A DNA stretch of 43,258 nt from a virus. Lineage: Duplodnaviria; Caudoviricetes. Location: positions 1-43,258 of the IMG/VR virus record IMGVR_UViG_3300010354_000177. One strand, 5' to 3'. Position numbers and translations under genes: made by a program. Below are positions 26,245 to 39,800 of this stretch, piece by piece; the stretch's first letter is position 1; the number at the start of each line of letters is the position of its first letter. The notes under the pieces are model-generated. The model was given only the letters and a program-made list of their open reading frames with translations. It was not told where the DNA came from and did not search any database.

Positions 26245-27768
26245 TTAGAATTGCAAAATGACTTTAATATCTTCTTTCTGATTTGCAGACCTTGTTATAG
26301 ATGGTCTATTATCAACATAAATTATATTTCCGGTATATTTTTTTACCTCAGGATTTGATAGACCATTAGTAAAATTTTGCCCGAGATAAACTGTACCACT
26401 ATTTATTACAGTAGATATACCACTAAATCCACTATCGATTTCAATGGTATTAGCTTCTACATTAATTGTCCCCTCAACAAATTTATTTTGCACAAATCCA
26501 TAAGGAGCATTGGTTGTTATTCCAGTTTTTGTATATCCATATAAAGATCTATCTTGCCAATATTTTAAAACTCCAGTTTCATTATCATAAGAAACTGCCC
26601 TTCCAACAGCAGTTCCAACTCCAGTTATTGTCTGGGTAAATGTTGTATTTGCGGGAATTACTGCAGAACTTGCTCCAGGTTCTTTCAACTTTAATGCATA
26701 TACAGAACTTGCCTTTTGTATTGATAATACTGATGTGGAATCAAATGCTTCTGGATTTTCAACAATTCCAATTCTTGCAATTTTATTTCCAACAATAAAA
26801 TCTGGATCACCGATATCATTTTCAATTCTAGAATATAATAAAATATTAGTAGAACCTAATTCCCTATAAATGTTCGCACCATGACCACCTTTTGGTGGAA
26901 TTATTACATCAAATTTTGGTGGGTCTACTAGAAATAGACCAGAATTTTCCAAATCAATAGTTCCGAAGGTATAACCAGATCCTCCGTTTGATACAAAAAT
27001 CTTATCTACAGTATTGTCACTACCAACAACAATTGTAGCTGTTGCACCTTGCCCATCACCTCGTATAGGGACGTTTTGATAAAGACCAGGAGCGCCCAAA
27101 TTAGATCCTCTTTCAAGGATATTGATAATTTTTATTTGCCCACTTGAAGCAGCATTTAGTCTTACTGCGGCATTTTCCTGATTAGTTGTCCAATTTTTAG
27201 GTACAGGAATAAAATTGGTGCTATCAAATTTAATAATTTCGTTTGGTCTAATTGTATATAAGTATTTCCAAATATACCCATCGCCACTAGTTCCTGCTGC
27301 TCTCGGTTCGAGGTCAGTAAAGGTTGGTTCGTCCAAAGAAGGATTACCAGTTAAAGATTCTGGTGAAGTTCCATTCTGTAGACAAATATACACCCTATAA
27401 TCGCTTGTCACAACATAATAATCGGAAGAATATAATGATGTGGATTGAGTCTGATTAGATCTTTTATCGATACTGACATCATGACGATACATGTCATATA
27501 TTCTTCCAGATTCCCAATTTATTCTTCTAACAACGGGCGAAACGTCACTAGAAGAGATTTTTTTCAAAGAAAACATTGTGTCCCAGCACTTATTTTCTTC
27601 GTCAAAATTATCACGTTGAAATGGGGGAAGATACTCCCATGTACTGAGATATTCTGTTGGATTTGACAATCCTAGAAAAACATAGTATGAATTTGATGGA
27701 TTGTTGACTTTATCCAAAAAACTCAATGCATTAGATATTCTAAGTTGATCAGTTATAATTGCTGACAT
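26245..27768 (-). CDS. gp8: Baseplate wedge subunit
   Basis: MSAIITDQLRI.NA..F; YYVVTSDYRVYICLQN; DGYIWKYLYTI; C-term IIYVDNRPSITRS.NQKEDIKVILQF. Confidence 0.93.
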   Translation of the reverse strand: MSAIITDQLRISNALSFLDKVNNPSNSYYVFLGLSNPTEYLSTWEYLPPFQRDNFDEENKCWDTMFSLKKISSSDVSPVVRRINWESGRIYDMYRHDVSIDKRSNQTQSTSLYSSDYYVVTSDYRVYICLQNGTSPESLTGNPSLDEPTFTDLEPRAAGTSGDGYIWKYLYTIRPNEIIKFDSTNFIPVPKNWTTNQENAAVRLNAASSGQIKIINILERGSNLGAPGLYQNVPIRGDGQGATATIVVGSDNTVDKIFVSNGGSGYTFGTIDLENSGLFLVDPPKFDVIIPPKGGHGANIYRELGSTNILLYSRIENDIGDPDFIVGNKIARIGIVENPEAFDSTSVLSIQKASSVYALKLKEPGASSAVIPANTTFTQTITGVGTAVGRAVSYDNETGVLKYWQDRSLYGYTKTGITTNAPYGFVQNKFVEGTINVEANTIEIDSGFSGISTVINSGTVYLGQNFTNGLSNPEVKKYTGNIIYVDNRPSITRSANQKEDIKVILQF

Positions 27769-27784
27769 TTTTTATTTTTTTGAT

Positions 27785-27792
27785 TATTTATA
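27785..27792 (-). promoter_or_regulatory. T4 late promoter (TATAAATA)
   Basis: Perfect consensus in the 32-nt gap, 17 nt upstream of the gp8 ATG. Confidence 0.85.
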
Positions 27793-27800
27793 TTGTAAAT

Positions 27801-30800
27801 TTATAATACTGTGCTATATCCAACATATTTTAGACTGTTAAATCTCTGAATTATTGGATTTGATCCAATTCCGGATGTTTGGTCTTGATATGTTTTAAAT
27901 TCCTTAGGAGTGATTCTATCGGAAAGATTTTCTATCTTACCCCAACTATAATTTGCATATATTTGATCATAAGAAGAAATATTAATAATGTCCGAATCAA
28001 AAGATTGAACAAAAGATACCACTCTATTGATATATGAGGTTCTTATTCCACTAGTTGCGATATCTAATCGTAAAATTTCACTAGAGTATACTTGATAAAC
28101 ATTGTTTATCTTATCACCTGAAGTAGAAATTCCAATAATTGAACCATCATTTCTTAGGGAAGTAACCCCAGAACCGATATTTGAATCACTTATTACAAAA
28201 TAATCACCATCATCCAATTGACTTATTGTAATTGCAGATCCAACAACAGTATCTCCGATCACAATTGAATTCCTGAGATATGAATCTTGGGGAATATAAA
28301 GATCAAAAATTAATGCATTGCTTGAAATACCAACAGTTGTAGTTCCAATACCAACAACAAAACCAAAATCTCCTTTAAATGATACATTTTTAATTATTTC
28401 AACTTCAGGTGTTGGTGGTTCAATGATAACTAAAGGTTCTTGTATTTCAGTAACTCTAAATTCTATGGGAGTTTCAAGAACTTTGTTTCTATAGGTCAAT
28501 CCAACTCCAACATTATCAAAAGTTCCCACTTTTAGAATATCCCCAACTTTATAATCAGTTCCACCTTGCTTAATATCAAATTCAACAACATAATTAAGAG
28601 TAATTGGATCAATTTCAAGAATAATATCTACTATTCCACCAATACCAATTCCCGTTGTTGTCTTAAGTCTTGCATTATAAAAAGAACTATTTGATGGATT
28701 TAAAGTTTCTGGGTAACCAGAACCATTACTAATAACTTCTAAGTTCTTAATTGGACCATATGTGTATCCATATCCAGCATTAGTGATATCAATACTAGTT
28801 ACAACTCCATTACTGATAGTTGCAACTCCAATAGCATTACTTGAGTTTGTTGATAGGGACCCAATTTCAGCATTTAATCCAGATTCTTCAAATCTAACTT
28901 CTTCACCAACAATAAATGAAATTGGGGTGGTAGGAATGTATGAAATAATAGGATCTATCGTTGATATTCCAGAAAGAACTGCTGTAGATTGACTTTCAGC
29001 ACCAATAATGGTTTCCCCTAAGATAGAACTAGTTAATCCTGTGGTAGAAATACCAGATTCATCAACTATTGAAACTAAAGACATAGTATATGCAATTCCA
29101 GAAGAAATTGGAGAATTTTCAATCAATACATTAGGTTGTTCTTTATAACCATATCCACCATCAATTAAATCAATAGAAGAAATACTTCCAGAAGAAACTT
29201 GGCAAGTAGCTATTGCACCCTTAAGAGGTGTTTGTTCAACAATTTTAATTGCAAATTTATCTTTATTGGAAATATTTTCCGCATCATTGTCAAAGAATGT
29301 TTTTAAGGATTCTACATAAATTTCACTATTACCAATTCCAATATCTTGTATAACAGTTGTAGATGGATAAATTGTTGGCTCATACCAATTCCTATCCTTT
29401 CCAACATTTACACCGTCAATAACAAAATCAACCCTTTGCTTTGAAAATACAACAGGTCTTAAAAAGTCAATATTTTGAGATATTCCTCTTCCAGAATATG
29501 GATTAGTGTTTGCATAATCAGAAGAAACTACTTCAGATACTATTCTTTGATCCTCATTAAACTTCTTTTGATCACTCACAATTGTCAATCCATCGCCAAC
29601 TTTAACAGTCTCTAATAAATCAACATCAATGACATCAACTTCTTCATTTCCTCTATAGAAGATAATAGAGACCCTATCTTCATACTTAGGTGCTTCTGGG
29701 AAAGTAATGATACTTCCACCTTTAAATGTATATCCTTCTCCAGGAACTTGTAGTATATCGTTGAATAAAACAATCAAAGTTGCCTGGATATCAAGTGTGG
29801 ATCCTCTCTTTGCTCTAATTGATCTAGTTATTCCATTTATTTTAATTGGGAAAACTCTTCTATTTCCATCAAATAAATTGTCAAAATTATCAATAACAAG
29901 TAGATCACCGATGGACCAAGCAGAAAACTTGGTATTGTAGATACTATCAACAAAGATTTTAAACTCTGCAAATGTAAGTGAAGGATCGGTGGGGATTCCA
30001 TCCAGTCCTCCAACTGGAACTGTAAGAACATCAGATTTTTTATACCCATATCCAGAATTTTGAATATCAAAATCAATCACTTCCCCACCTTCACCTATAT
30101 TAATTTTTATCTTGGCACCAGTTCCAATTCCACTAGAACCTGATAGCGAACTATAAATTAACGGGATGTTGGAATATCCAACTGGCGAATCAAATACAAC
30201 TTCTGGTGGAGAATATCTTCTAACTAGAACATTAGTTCCCGAAGAAACAGCAGAACCAAAAGAAGTTTCTGAATATACAAATGTATTTCCGACTCCAGCT
30301 ATTTTCAATAATGGAGAAGAATTTATCGAGATATAATCCCCAATAGAAATATCATCTAAAGAATTTAAATAGAATATTGTCGAACCGGATGAAACGGATA
30401 TAGATGTATTAGTATTAAATTTATCATAAAAACTTGTAAATGAAATTCCAGGATTTATAAGATTCAATGAATTAGAAATATGACCACCAATAACAGTGGC
30501 AAATCCAATATAGTATTTTTCATAGTTTTGATTACTTTCAGACCTAACTCCAATATCAACTAATTCTGAAGTTAATTCATTCAATTTAATAGAAATTGGC
30601 GTAGATTGTGGAATTACAACATTTGTATTTTTAGATATTGTAATTGTTGATGAAATTGAATTGTAAGAACTAATAGAAACTGAATGTAGAGATGTTCCAA
30701 TCCCTATATTACAAGTTGTTTCTCCAGAATATGTAAGTTTTGAGAATAATCCTCTTTCTTCAGTAATAGGAATAATATTAGTTCCTATAGAAACTGTTGA

Positions 30801-33800
30801 TGCAGTAGAAACTATTATTTCCTTTCCACCAGATACTCTATATCCAGATCCAGAAAATCCTATTGAGATTGAAGAAATCTGTCCACTACCATTAACTTGC
30901 GCAATGCCACCAGCAGTTTTTATTGGTTGATATCCACCACCAAAGGTAGATCCAACACTTAATATAATACCACCAGAAGGAATATTTGTAGTATTAATAT
31001 CATCTATATTAGTGAAGTCTTTTTCAGGATCTTTATTAAAGATAATTGTAGTTTGACCACTTAGATTTAATCCAAGTTCAAATGCACCGTTATTATTTCT
31101 AAGTTCATTGTTTGGAATTTGTAGAATATCTTTAACTAAAACAAATAGGTTAGATGTCGAAATGCCAATAACAGGTGATCCATTTTGCTTGATGGTGAAT
31201 GCTGTAGTTATTCCATTAAATTCATTTGATAAATCATCTAACAAAATATTATCACTATAAGTCACTGAAGAACCATTTATTGTTCCGGATTTATTAAATA
31301 TTCTACCAGAGAAAGAAGAACTAGTTTGAATTCCTAGATAATCGACTTCATCATACCTCGGATTTTCTGAAACAATGGGAACTTTTCCATAGGGCGCATC
31401 ATAAAAATGAATCTTATTCTCTACAATGTTATAATCACCCTTCAATGTTTCACATACTGCACCTTCACTATGAATACCAGGTAGAGTTCCCATCCAAAAT
31501 CTATTGACTAATAGAGTATTAGTAGAACCAAAACCTACGGATTTGACTCTCATAATTTCATCATCAACTTTGAATATATCGCCTGCAATAAAAACGCTAG
31601 GATCATTAACTTTTACTCTAATATCCTTTAAAGCAACATTTGCAAATAGTGATGTAGTTTTTCCTGCCGATACAATAGGAGATTGGATCATATTATCAAT
31701 AGTTATCAATGATCTACTATTTCCACGTTTTCCTGTAAATGAATGTTGAGATCCTACTCCGTAAGATGTTAATTTCAAATACTCAGGATATGCTTTCAAA
31801 GCTTCTGATGCAGATGCTGCCACTCTTACTGAAAGATCATTAACTTTTACAATATAGAGATTTGAAGGTAATTGATCGGTAAGACCAATACCAGCAATGG
31901 TTGTTGTAGCTATTCCTATTGGTTCATCTCCACCAAAATCATATACTACTTCCTCACCAGTTGAAAAATAATGATTTGGAATGTTTATTCTATCAGCAGG
32001 TAAATTAACTCCAGAAGAATTATTTCCTCTGAAAGTTCTCTTCAGAATAGGAAGTTTTTTGTGATATAAGTCAAAAGATCTCTTTATAGCATTTTCAGTT
32101 CCAATATAGTCTGAATTAAAACTTACAATCTGAGCTTCATTTAAATCCAAAACAACTTCATTTTGTGGAATATCAGATTCAGTAATAGTCTTAATTCCAT
32201 TATAGTAGAATCTAATAGAAATATTTCCATTAACAGAAGGAATAAATGATAAATAAACTCTCCTTCCAATTATTTGTGTTGCAAAAGTTCCCAATCCAAC
32301 TAAAGAATCATCAGTAATTACTGATCCAAATTGAGTGTGATAAACATCAGTTCTGTTGTTTAATGTAGCAAGTTCTAAAGATTGATAGACCGATGTTGAG
32401 TTGTTTTGAACTGACATATAATAATATCCACCACCATATTCATAAGAATAGTTGTGGAAAGTAAAAGCAACCCCAACATTTCCAGAAGGAATGTTGATAA
32501 ACCCAGACTCTAATCTTGCGTTATTTTCCGATAAAACTCCATTAGTTGTTGCGTTTTCATCTCTTACAGATAATCTAAAAACGTTTACTTCTATTGTGGA
32601 TCCATATCCAACATATGGAACAAGATCTAAAACTAAATTTGGACCTTGAATATAGGCAGAATATGTAGCAAAACCGATTGGTGGATTAATATTTTTTGTA
32701 AATAACCTTCCATACTCAGTGATATACGCATCCGTTCCATCGTGAATAATATTTAATTCTGTCGACTCTCTATAGGATCCATCCTTACTATTGGAAGTTA
32801 AAATGACCTTAGAAGCCCTATAATTTATTGGAATATTTGTAATATTAATAGTAGATGTTGAATTTTTTGGAATAACGTTAACGTCATTTGCAAGATTGAC
32901 AATACTTCCGATATTGTATCTAGTAAGAGTTGTGCTCCCCAAACCAACAAAAGTATCAAATAAAGTATAAGAAACTAAATCAACATCAAAATCATTAAAT
33001 TCATAGTCAAAAGGTTTAAATTGAACTTGCCCCTCATCGCCATTAATTACAAAATCAAATGTTCCAAGTTCATTGAAAGTCTCCAATCTCCCATATTGAT
33101 TTACGAACCCATTTAAATTATCATGTATTAAAGAGATTATGGAGAACTGTCTTTCATTAAAGAAGAGCTTATCCTTAACATAAGCAAAATATTTTCTATG
33201 TCTGTTCTGATAAATTGGGAATTTATCAACAATCGAATATCTTTCTGCTCTTGGAATATTATTAAATTGATTACTAAAATCATCTATCATCAATACTCTA
33301 TTTCCAATAGATTCTGAATAATCTTGTATTTCGCGTGTATTAAATATTATCTGGTCGGAAACTATTCTTCCACCTAGATCATATGCATTTTCAGAAACCA
33401 TATCAAAATCATGATATGAATTAAGGTCAATAATTTCAAAGAAATCTGAAACAGAATTCAGTTCAGAATAAGAAACTGTGGCAATACCGACTGATGGTGT
33501 TAAAGATTCTACAGATAATGTTCCAAATTTTTTGAATCCTACAGTATGATTCAGGCTACTTACGGGGTCATTCCATTCAGAAAACTGAATTTTTGATTTA
33601 AGAGCATAAGAAAAATACTGATAGTAATCACTATCGTGTATTCTTTGAATACTGTCATTTAAGAATCCAATATTAGTATCCCATCCCCTTTGAACAACTG
33701 AATATGAATTAGTGCTATATTCTGCATCAAAAAATTCAACTTTACCTACAACTCCAGATAAATTGGAAGTTTTGCCTGTAATTCTATCTCCACTTACAAA

Positions 33801-36800
33801 CTTGTCATCGGCAAGAACACTTACAAATTCATTTTCTCTATCCCAGTATTCGACAATACCACTGTATCCACTAGTTGTAATTACTTCTTCGCCTAAAATA
33901 AAATTATTTTTCTGCAGGATAACTTCAAACGTAGGGAAATAACTTTCTGGAACAACATATCCAAGAGAATTAACTGGGGAATATGTTCCAGGAATTTCAC
34001 CATCATTTAAATATGGTGCCATATCAATTGTAATAGATGCTCCACTTCCACCTATAGATGCTGATGATAGGTAAATTTCAAATAATGCGTATTCATAATC
34101 TTCGGAATTAAGTCCTCTGACATTAGTTGCCTCTTCAATCTCCCCCGATTCATTCAAGAAATTAGAACTAACTTTAAAGTTTTCAAGTAAAACTTTGCTG
34201 CCAACAGAGAAAGGAAAATCTACTAAACTGCCGAATGATGTTGTAAATATTAATGTTAATAATTTAGTTTCTTCATTGAAAGATACTGACCTTACAGTAA
34301 ATCCATTAGAATTATTGGTTGGAACTAGATATGGTGTTTTATTATAAAGACCAGAACTATTCTGTATGATTTCAATCAAAGATTCTTCAGGCGAAAACTT
34401 AAGTTCAGCTTGCTTATCCTGAATTTTAGTCAATCCATCCAAAACAATTATATTTGGAATAGTTGTATAGTTTTTACCAATTGAAATAACTTTAATATCT
34501 TTAAATATACTTAAAGGTTCAACTTGGATAATTTGAGGTAGATTTCCTGTCGGTCTCAAACTATAATCTGAGTTATAGTCGAATCCAATATTTTCAATCT
34601 TAACTTTTTTAGCAGATCCGATATCTTTACTATATGGGAATAAAATTGCACCAGATCCAGTTTTAGAAGAAACTGAAGTAATTCCCGGAAGAACTCTATA
34701 TTTTCTATCTTTAGATAAAACCTGCACATCATATATTTCGCCTAAAGTCGAATATGAATTTGTGACGTATGAAATAGAAGATTCCAAACTGGAATATGAA
34801 TTTTTTTCAGGTTTTTGTTTCAGAATATATTCTATAAAATTACTTCCCACATTATAGACATTGTGACTTCCACTATAAACACTATTTTCAATTAATAGTG
34901 TATTATTATTCTCTATATTTTCATCATCTATAATATACTCTAATTGAGTATCGGGAATATTATAATTAATATTATCTAATTCTAATCTATAGTATAATCT
35001 TGATGGAGTTTTATCTCCAATTCTTAATTCAAGAGCTGCATTGTTTGTAATTCCTATTCTACCAATCTTCTTTACATTGAAAAAAGTATCTCCTTCAGTT
35101 TTTGTAAATGATTCGCTATAATTTGGATCTTTATATAAATTAAATCTAAATGCGGAGTAGGTAATCTCATCACTGACGAATGATAATGATTTATCAGTTA
35201 AATCAAATTTAATAGTTTCATTTTTGTATAATTTTATGGCAGGATTTACTAAAGAAAACTGGCCGCGTGCGGGTGTTATGGCCAAAGTTGCGGGATTTGA
35301 TTTAATTGAATTGTAATAAGTATCTGACAATCTAACGTTATTATTATCCAATACTACAACATAATAAATTTGATTATTTGTTAATGAAGAAGCTCCATCT
35401 TCTGTCGTATGGATGATTTTATCTCCAGTAGAATATCCATGATCTGGAATATAGAAGGAATTAGAATAATTTGCATTAACATTAATAGCAACAAATGACT
35501 TTGGATTTACAACTAATCTTCTATTTTCTTTGTTATACTTTACAAAAATGGTTCTATTTGTTTTTGGAACATTATTAACTTCTATATTTTCATTAAAGAA
35601 TAATGATGGGTTATTAGTAGTTTGAATTCTTGCAATATTTTTAATAACTTTACCAACTTGAACATCATAATTTGTTTTAAAGCTATGATAAGAACCACTC
35701 CCTGAAGAAGTCAAATATAATAATCCCTGTCCATTATTTGGGTTTAAATATTCGCCAGAAGTTGTCAATCCAACCAATACAGTGGAAATTCCAATATTAT
35801 TTTCATCAAATTTATAAACATAAAACTTATTGCCGTCAGATAACAGAGATGAATTTAATTTGTTTGCAGAAACACCTATTGGAGTTCCGGAATTTGCATA
35901 ATAAGTAATTATTTCACCAGTATTTAAACTGTGATTTGGTAGATACAAAGATCTTGTTGCAAGTTCACGAACTTCCCACTTAGTAACAAAAGAAGTTACT
36001 CCAATTCCAGATAGTAAAGATGAATCATAGTCAACAATAATAGATCCAATTCCAACATTGAGAACTTTTGCTTTTTGAATGGCATTAAAACTAATATTAG
36101 AAGATCCTACTAGATCAATATAATCACCAACTTTAAATTGATTGGAATTTTGTGGATTGTTAAAAATTAATCCAGTCCTTGAAACAGTATTAATGCCGAT
36201 AATAACCCTTGCCTGAGTATCAATAGAAACTTGATAATTTAGTGGGACTGTATTAAGGAAAATAGTTGTGCTTAGACCAACTGTCCCTAGACCAACGGAA
36301 TTGGCAGGATTAAAGTATATTTCTCTATTTAAAGGATAATTATTAGATGTCAAATCAACCGGAGATGAAGATTCAGTAACAATAACTTCAAATCTTCTTG
36401 AATTTTCTGTTAAATTTGATCCCGAATAATATGTTGATACTCCAACTCCCCTCTTAACTCTTATTGTTGAAGATGTTTTATCAATATTTAATATTTTTAG
36501 TTGCTCACCTTCTTGAGAAATGTAAATATCATTTGGTTTAATTGCATAATCATTTAAATTACCACTAACTTGGATTTCAGTTACTGTACCAGTAACGGAA
36601 CTTGGTTCAACATTTTTTGTTACTGTTAATTGATTTGTAAAAACATTTATTCTTGATGTTACATTCTTCTGATTATTCGTAATAATATCATTTAATCCAA
36701 TAATACTAATGACATCCTGATCTTTTAGTTGGTGTGGAGTTGATGCTACTCCAACAACAGTTTTAAAGTCTCTGGAAGATCCAAATTCAACTCCAAGTAT

Positions 36801-39800
36801 TTCAGTATAAGATACGGAAATTGAAGATACACCGACACCCTTAATTTTAGTAACTTCTGCGTAAGATTTGTTTCCAAATTCATCTTCAGAAAGAGTAATT
36901 TTATCTCCTACTTTGTAATTTTCTCCACCAGAAATGATATTAATACTATCAATTTTTCCGTTACCAACTCTGGTTATTTTATTGAGCTGCTCTTCATACT
37001 CTATTGGATTAAATGCATATCTATAAGAACTGTTCTTTGAAATAATACCATATGGTGTAGTATTTCTAATCAGATTAACATCTTCAAATACTATAGAATT
37101 CTGAGTATTATCTACATCAAAATTAAATTCAATTGGGGAAGACTTATAATAATTTCCAATTAGATATGGGAAAATAGGTCTCAAATAATCTCTGCTAAAC
37201 TGGGAATCGAGTTCCCCGAGTGTTGTGAAATATGCGTATATGCCATTTGGAAATTCTGGAGTGGCACAAAATCTTCCATTATATTCATCTAAATCTCCGT
37301 TTCCAACATAATCGTAATCTTCGACAAAAAATCCAGCAGGGAAAATGTTTATACTAGGTCTATTTGGTTTACTAATATTTAAAGTATACCCAGTCTTCAT
37401 TTTCTTAACCAATCCAGATCCATCTGGATTTTCATATCCAAATGGACCATAAATTGGATTTCCATCATATGCCCAACCAATTATTGGTGAGTGGTAATAA
37501 TTACTACTTCTAGTATCATTTTCAATATCTTTTCTGTAGAAAATTTGACCGCCTTCTTCTTTAGAAACAATTAGATTTTCACGAAGTTTTCTTGGGGCGT
37601 AAGAATGAGTGATCTGAGTCATTCTTTCATCATACTCATTCTTAGTGTCATAGAGGAAAATATCACTGGTTAAAATACTATTACTTTGGATAGATCTCTC
37701 AACAGAATTAATATTCCAAGATTGGATAGAAAATTCAAAATTAGCTCCAGATCCAGCTGAATTGACATTTAAAATTGTTGCATCTGGATCATAGTTAATT
37801 CCCGATGAAACTATTTCAATATCAACTATACTTCCATTTGATATAATTGGCAGTAATTTGGCACCTGTTCCCTGTCCAATGACTTCAATTACTGGAAGAG
37901 CCGTATATTGAGATCCTCCATTTACAATCAATACTTCACTTATCTTTCCTTGAGAAATGATTGGTCTCAATTCCGCACCATTTCCATTCTCTAAATTAAA
38001 ATCCGGTTGCCTATTATAGTTAATAATATCAGAAGAACCATATCCAACCCCACCATTCTCAACAAAAACTGAAGTTATAGATCCCCTAAATGCAGGAACA
38101 ATTCTTGCTTCTAAATCAGAAATACTTAAGTTTTTATTTTTAAAAGATCCAATGACTTTAACAGAGATTGGTGGATAATTAAAGATATGATTTCCAGTTC
38201 CTATTCCGGTAAAATTAACAAATTGTTCTGTTCTCAAATAAAAATTCTCATCCTGAGATTGATTATTAACTTCACAAAGTTTAAATTGATTATCATCTAC
38301 CTTATACACCAAGTATTGGGATGTTGTCGCCAAACCAGCAATTGAAGATCCTGATGTTGAATATACTATTTTTTCTCCAGTCTGATAACCGTGCTTTTTA
38401 ATGTTAATAGTATTTGAGAAAATATTAACATTTTCACTTGAAGTGACTATTTTTTTATTTGCATATCCAGTTCCAGATCTTACAATATTAATAGATCCTA
38501 TTGTAGATTTCTTTTGAGCACTTATTAGATAATGAGTCCCCAAAACATAAGTAGTTAAACCAACATTATTAGTTTTATTAATAGCATCTTGATATGTTGG
38601 ATATAATTTTAAAGAATACTGATCGGAAGGACTAGTTCCAATACCAACATAATAACCAATCTCTTTGGAAATACCTTCTAAAGGAACTTGAGTATAATCA
38701 TACTTAACTTCCTCTCCATTATAGAACTTATGCTTTACATTAAATGTAATAGTATCTGTCAATAAATTAATTTGAGGACTTCCTTCCTTAGCAATAAATT
38801 CCATAGAATGCTCAAAGGTAGTCATATTAGGACTTACTTCAGCATCAATACCATTGCCACCACTAATTTCAATAGTTGGAGTTTTTTCATAATCAAATCC
38901 ACCATCTAAAATATCAATTCTTGTTAGAGATCCACTAATATGGCAAATAGCACTTGCATTAGATCCATTTTTATCAATAATATCTAACTTTGGTGGGGTT
39001 ATAATATCATAATCACTTCCGGAAGATTTAATTTTAATATCTTCGATTGAACCATAATATATAAAATCATTTGATTTATAATTTAATATTTCAACACCAT
39101 TTACAAGAATTCCGGTTTGACCAGAAGAAGTCAATTGCTTCTCTTTTACTTCTAATGTATTATTAATTTTTTTTATTAAATTTTTTGGAGAGATAAATTT
39201 CTCAAATTTTGAAGATGTTAGACTATTTTTAACACTATTTTGGAAATAAATTATTTCATTTGTAGACTTGTATAATTTGTTATCACTACCTACTAAAGAT
39301 GGAGAATTTAAACTAATATTTAAGAAAAGATTATTATCAATATTAGTTCTGCTGCTAGATAATTTAATTTGAGTGGGATTTTCTAAGGATCCAACTACTT
39401 TGACATAATAGATACCCTCAGATAAATTTAATTTATTAGTTCCGTCCCCAGATTGATAATAAACAGCATCTCCTGTCTTAAATGTATGACGTCCAATATT
39501 TAAAATCTTATCAGTTTTTTCTGGATCATTTGAATTAAGTTCTTCACTTATATAAACATTGGAAGACAATGTAATGGTATCATCTGTAATTGGTAAAATA
39601 TCACTAGTATATGTTGGTAAAGACTGAGAAGCAACATATAAAGATCCTTCAGAATCCCTATAAACATTCTGAATATCTGTTAAGTAAGTATTATTTAAAG
39701 ATGAAACCAAAGAATTATAACTAAAATTGAATTTATTAATCTGCCTTTCAACTTCATATGACAAACTAGTATCTAAATCAAAATTAATAGCACAAGTAAA

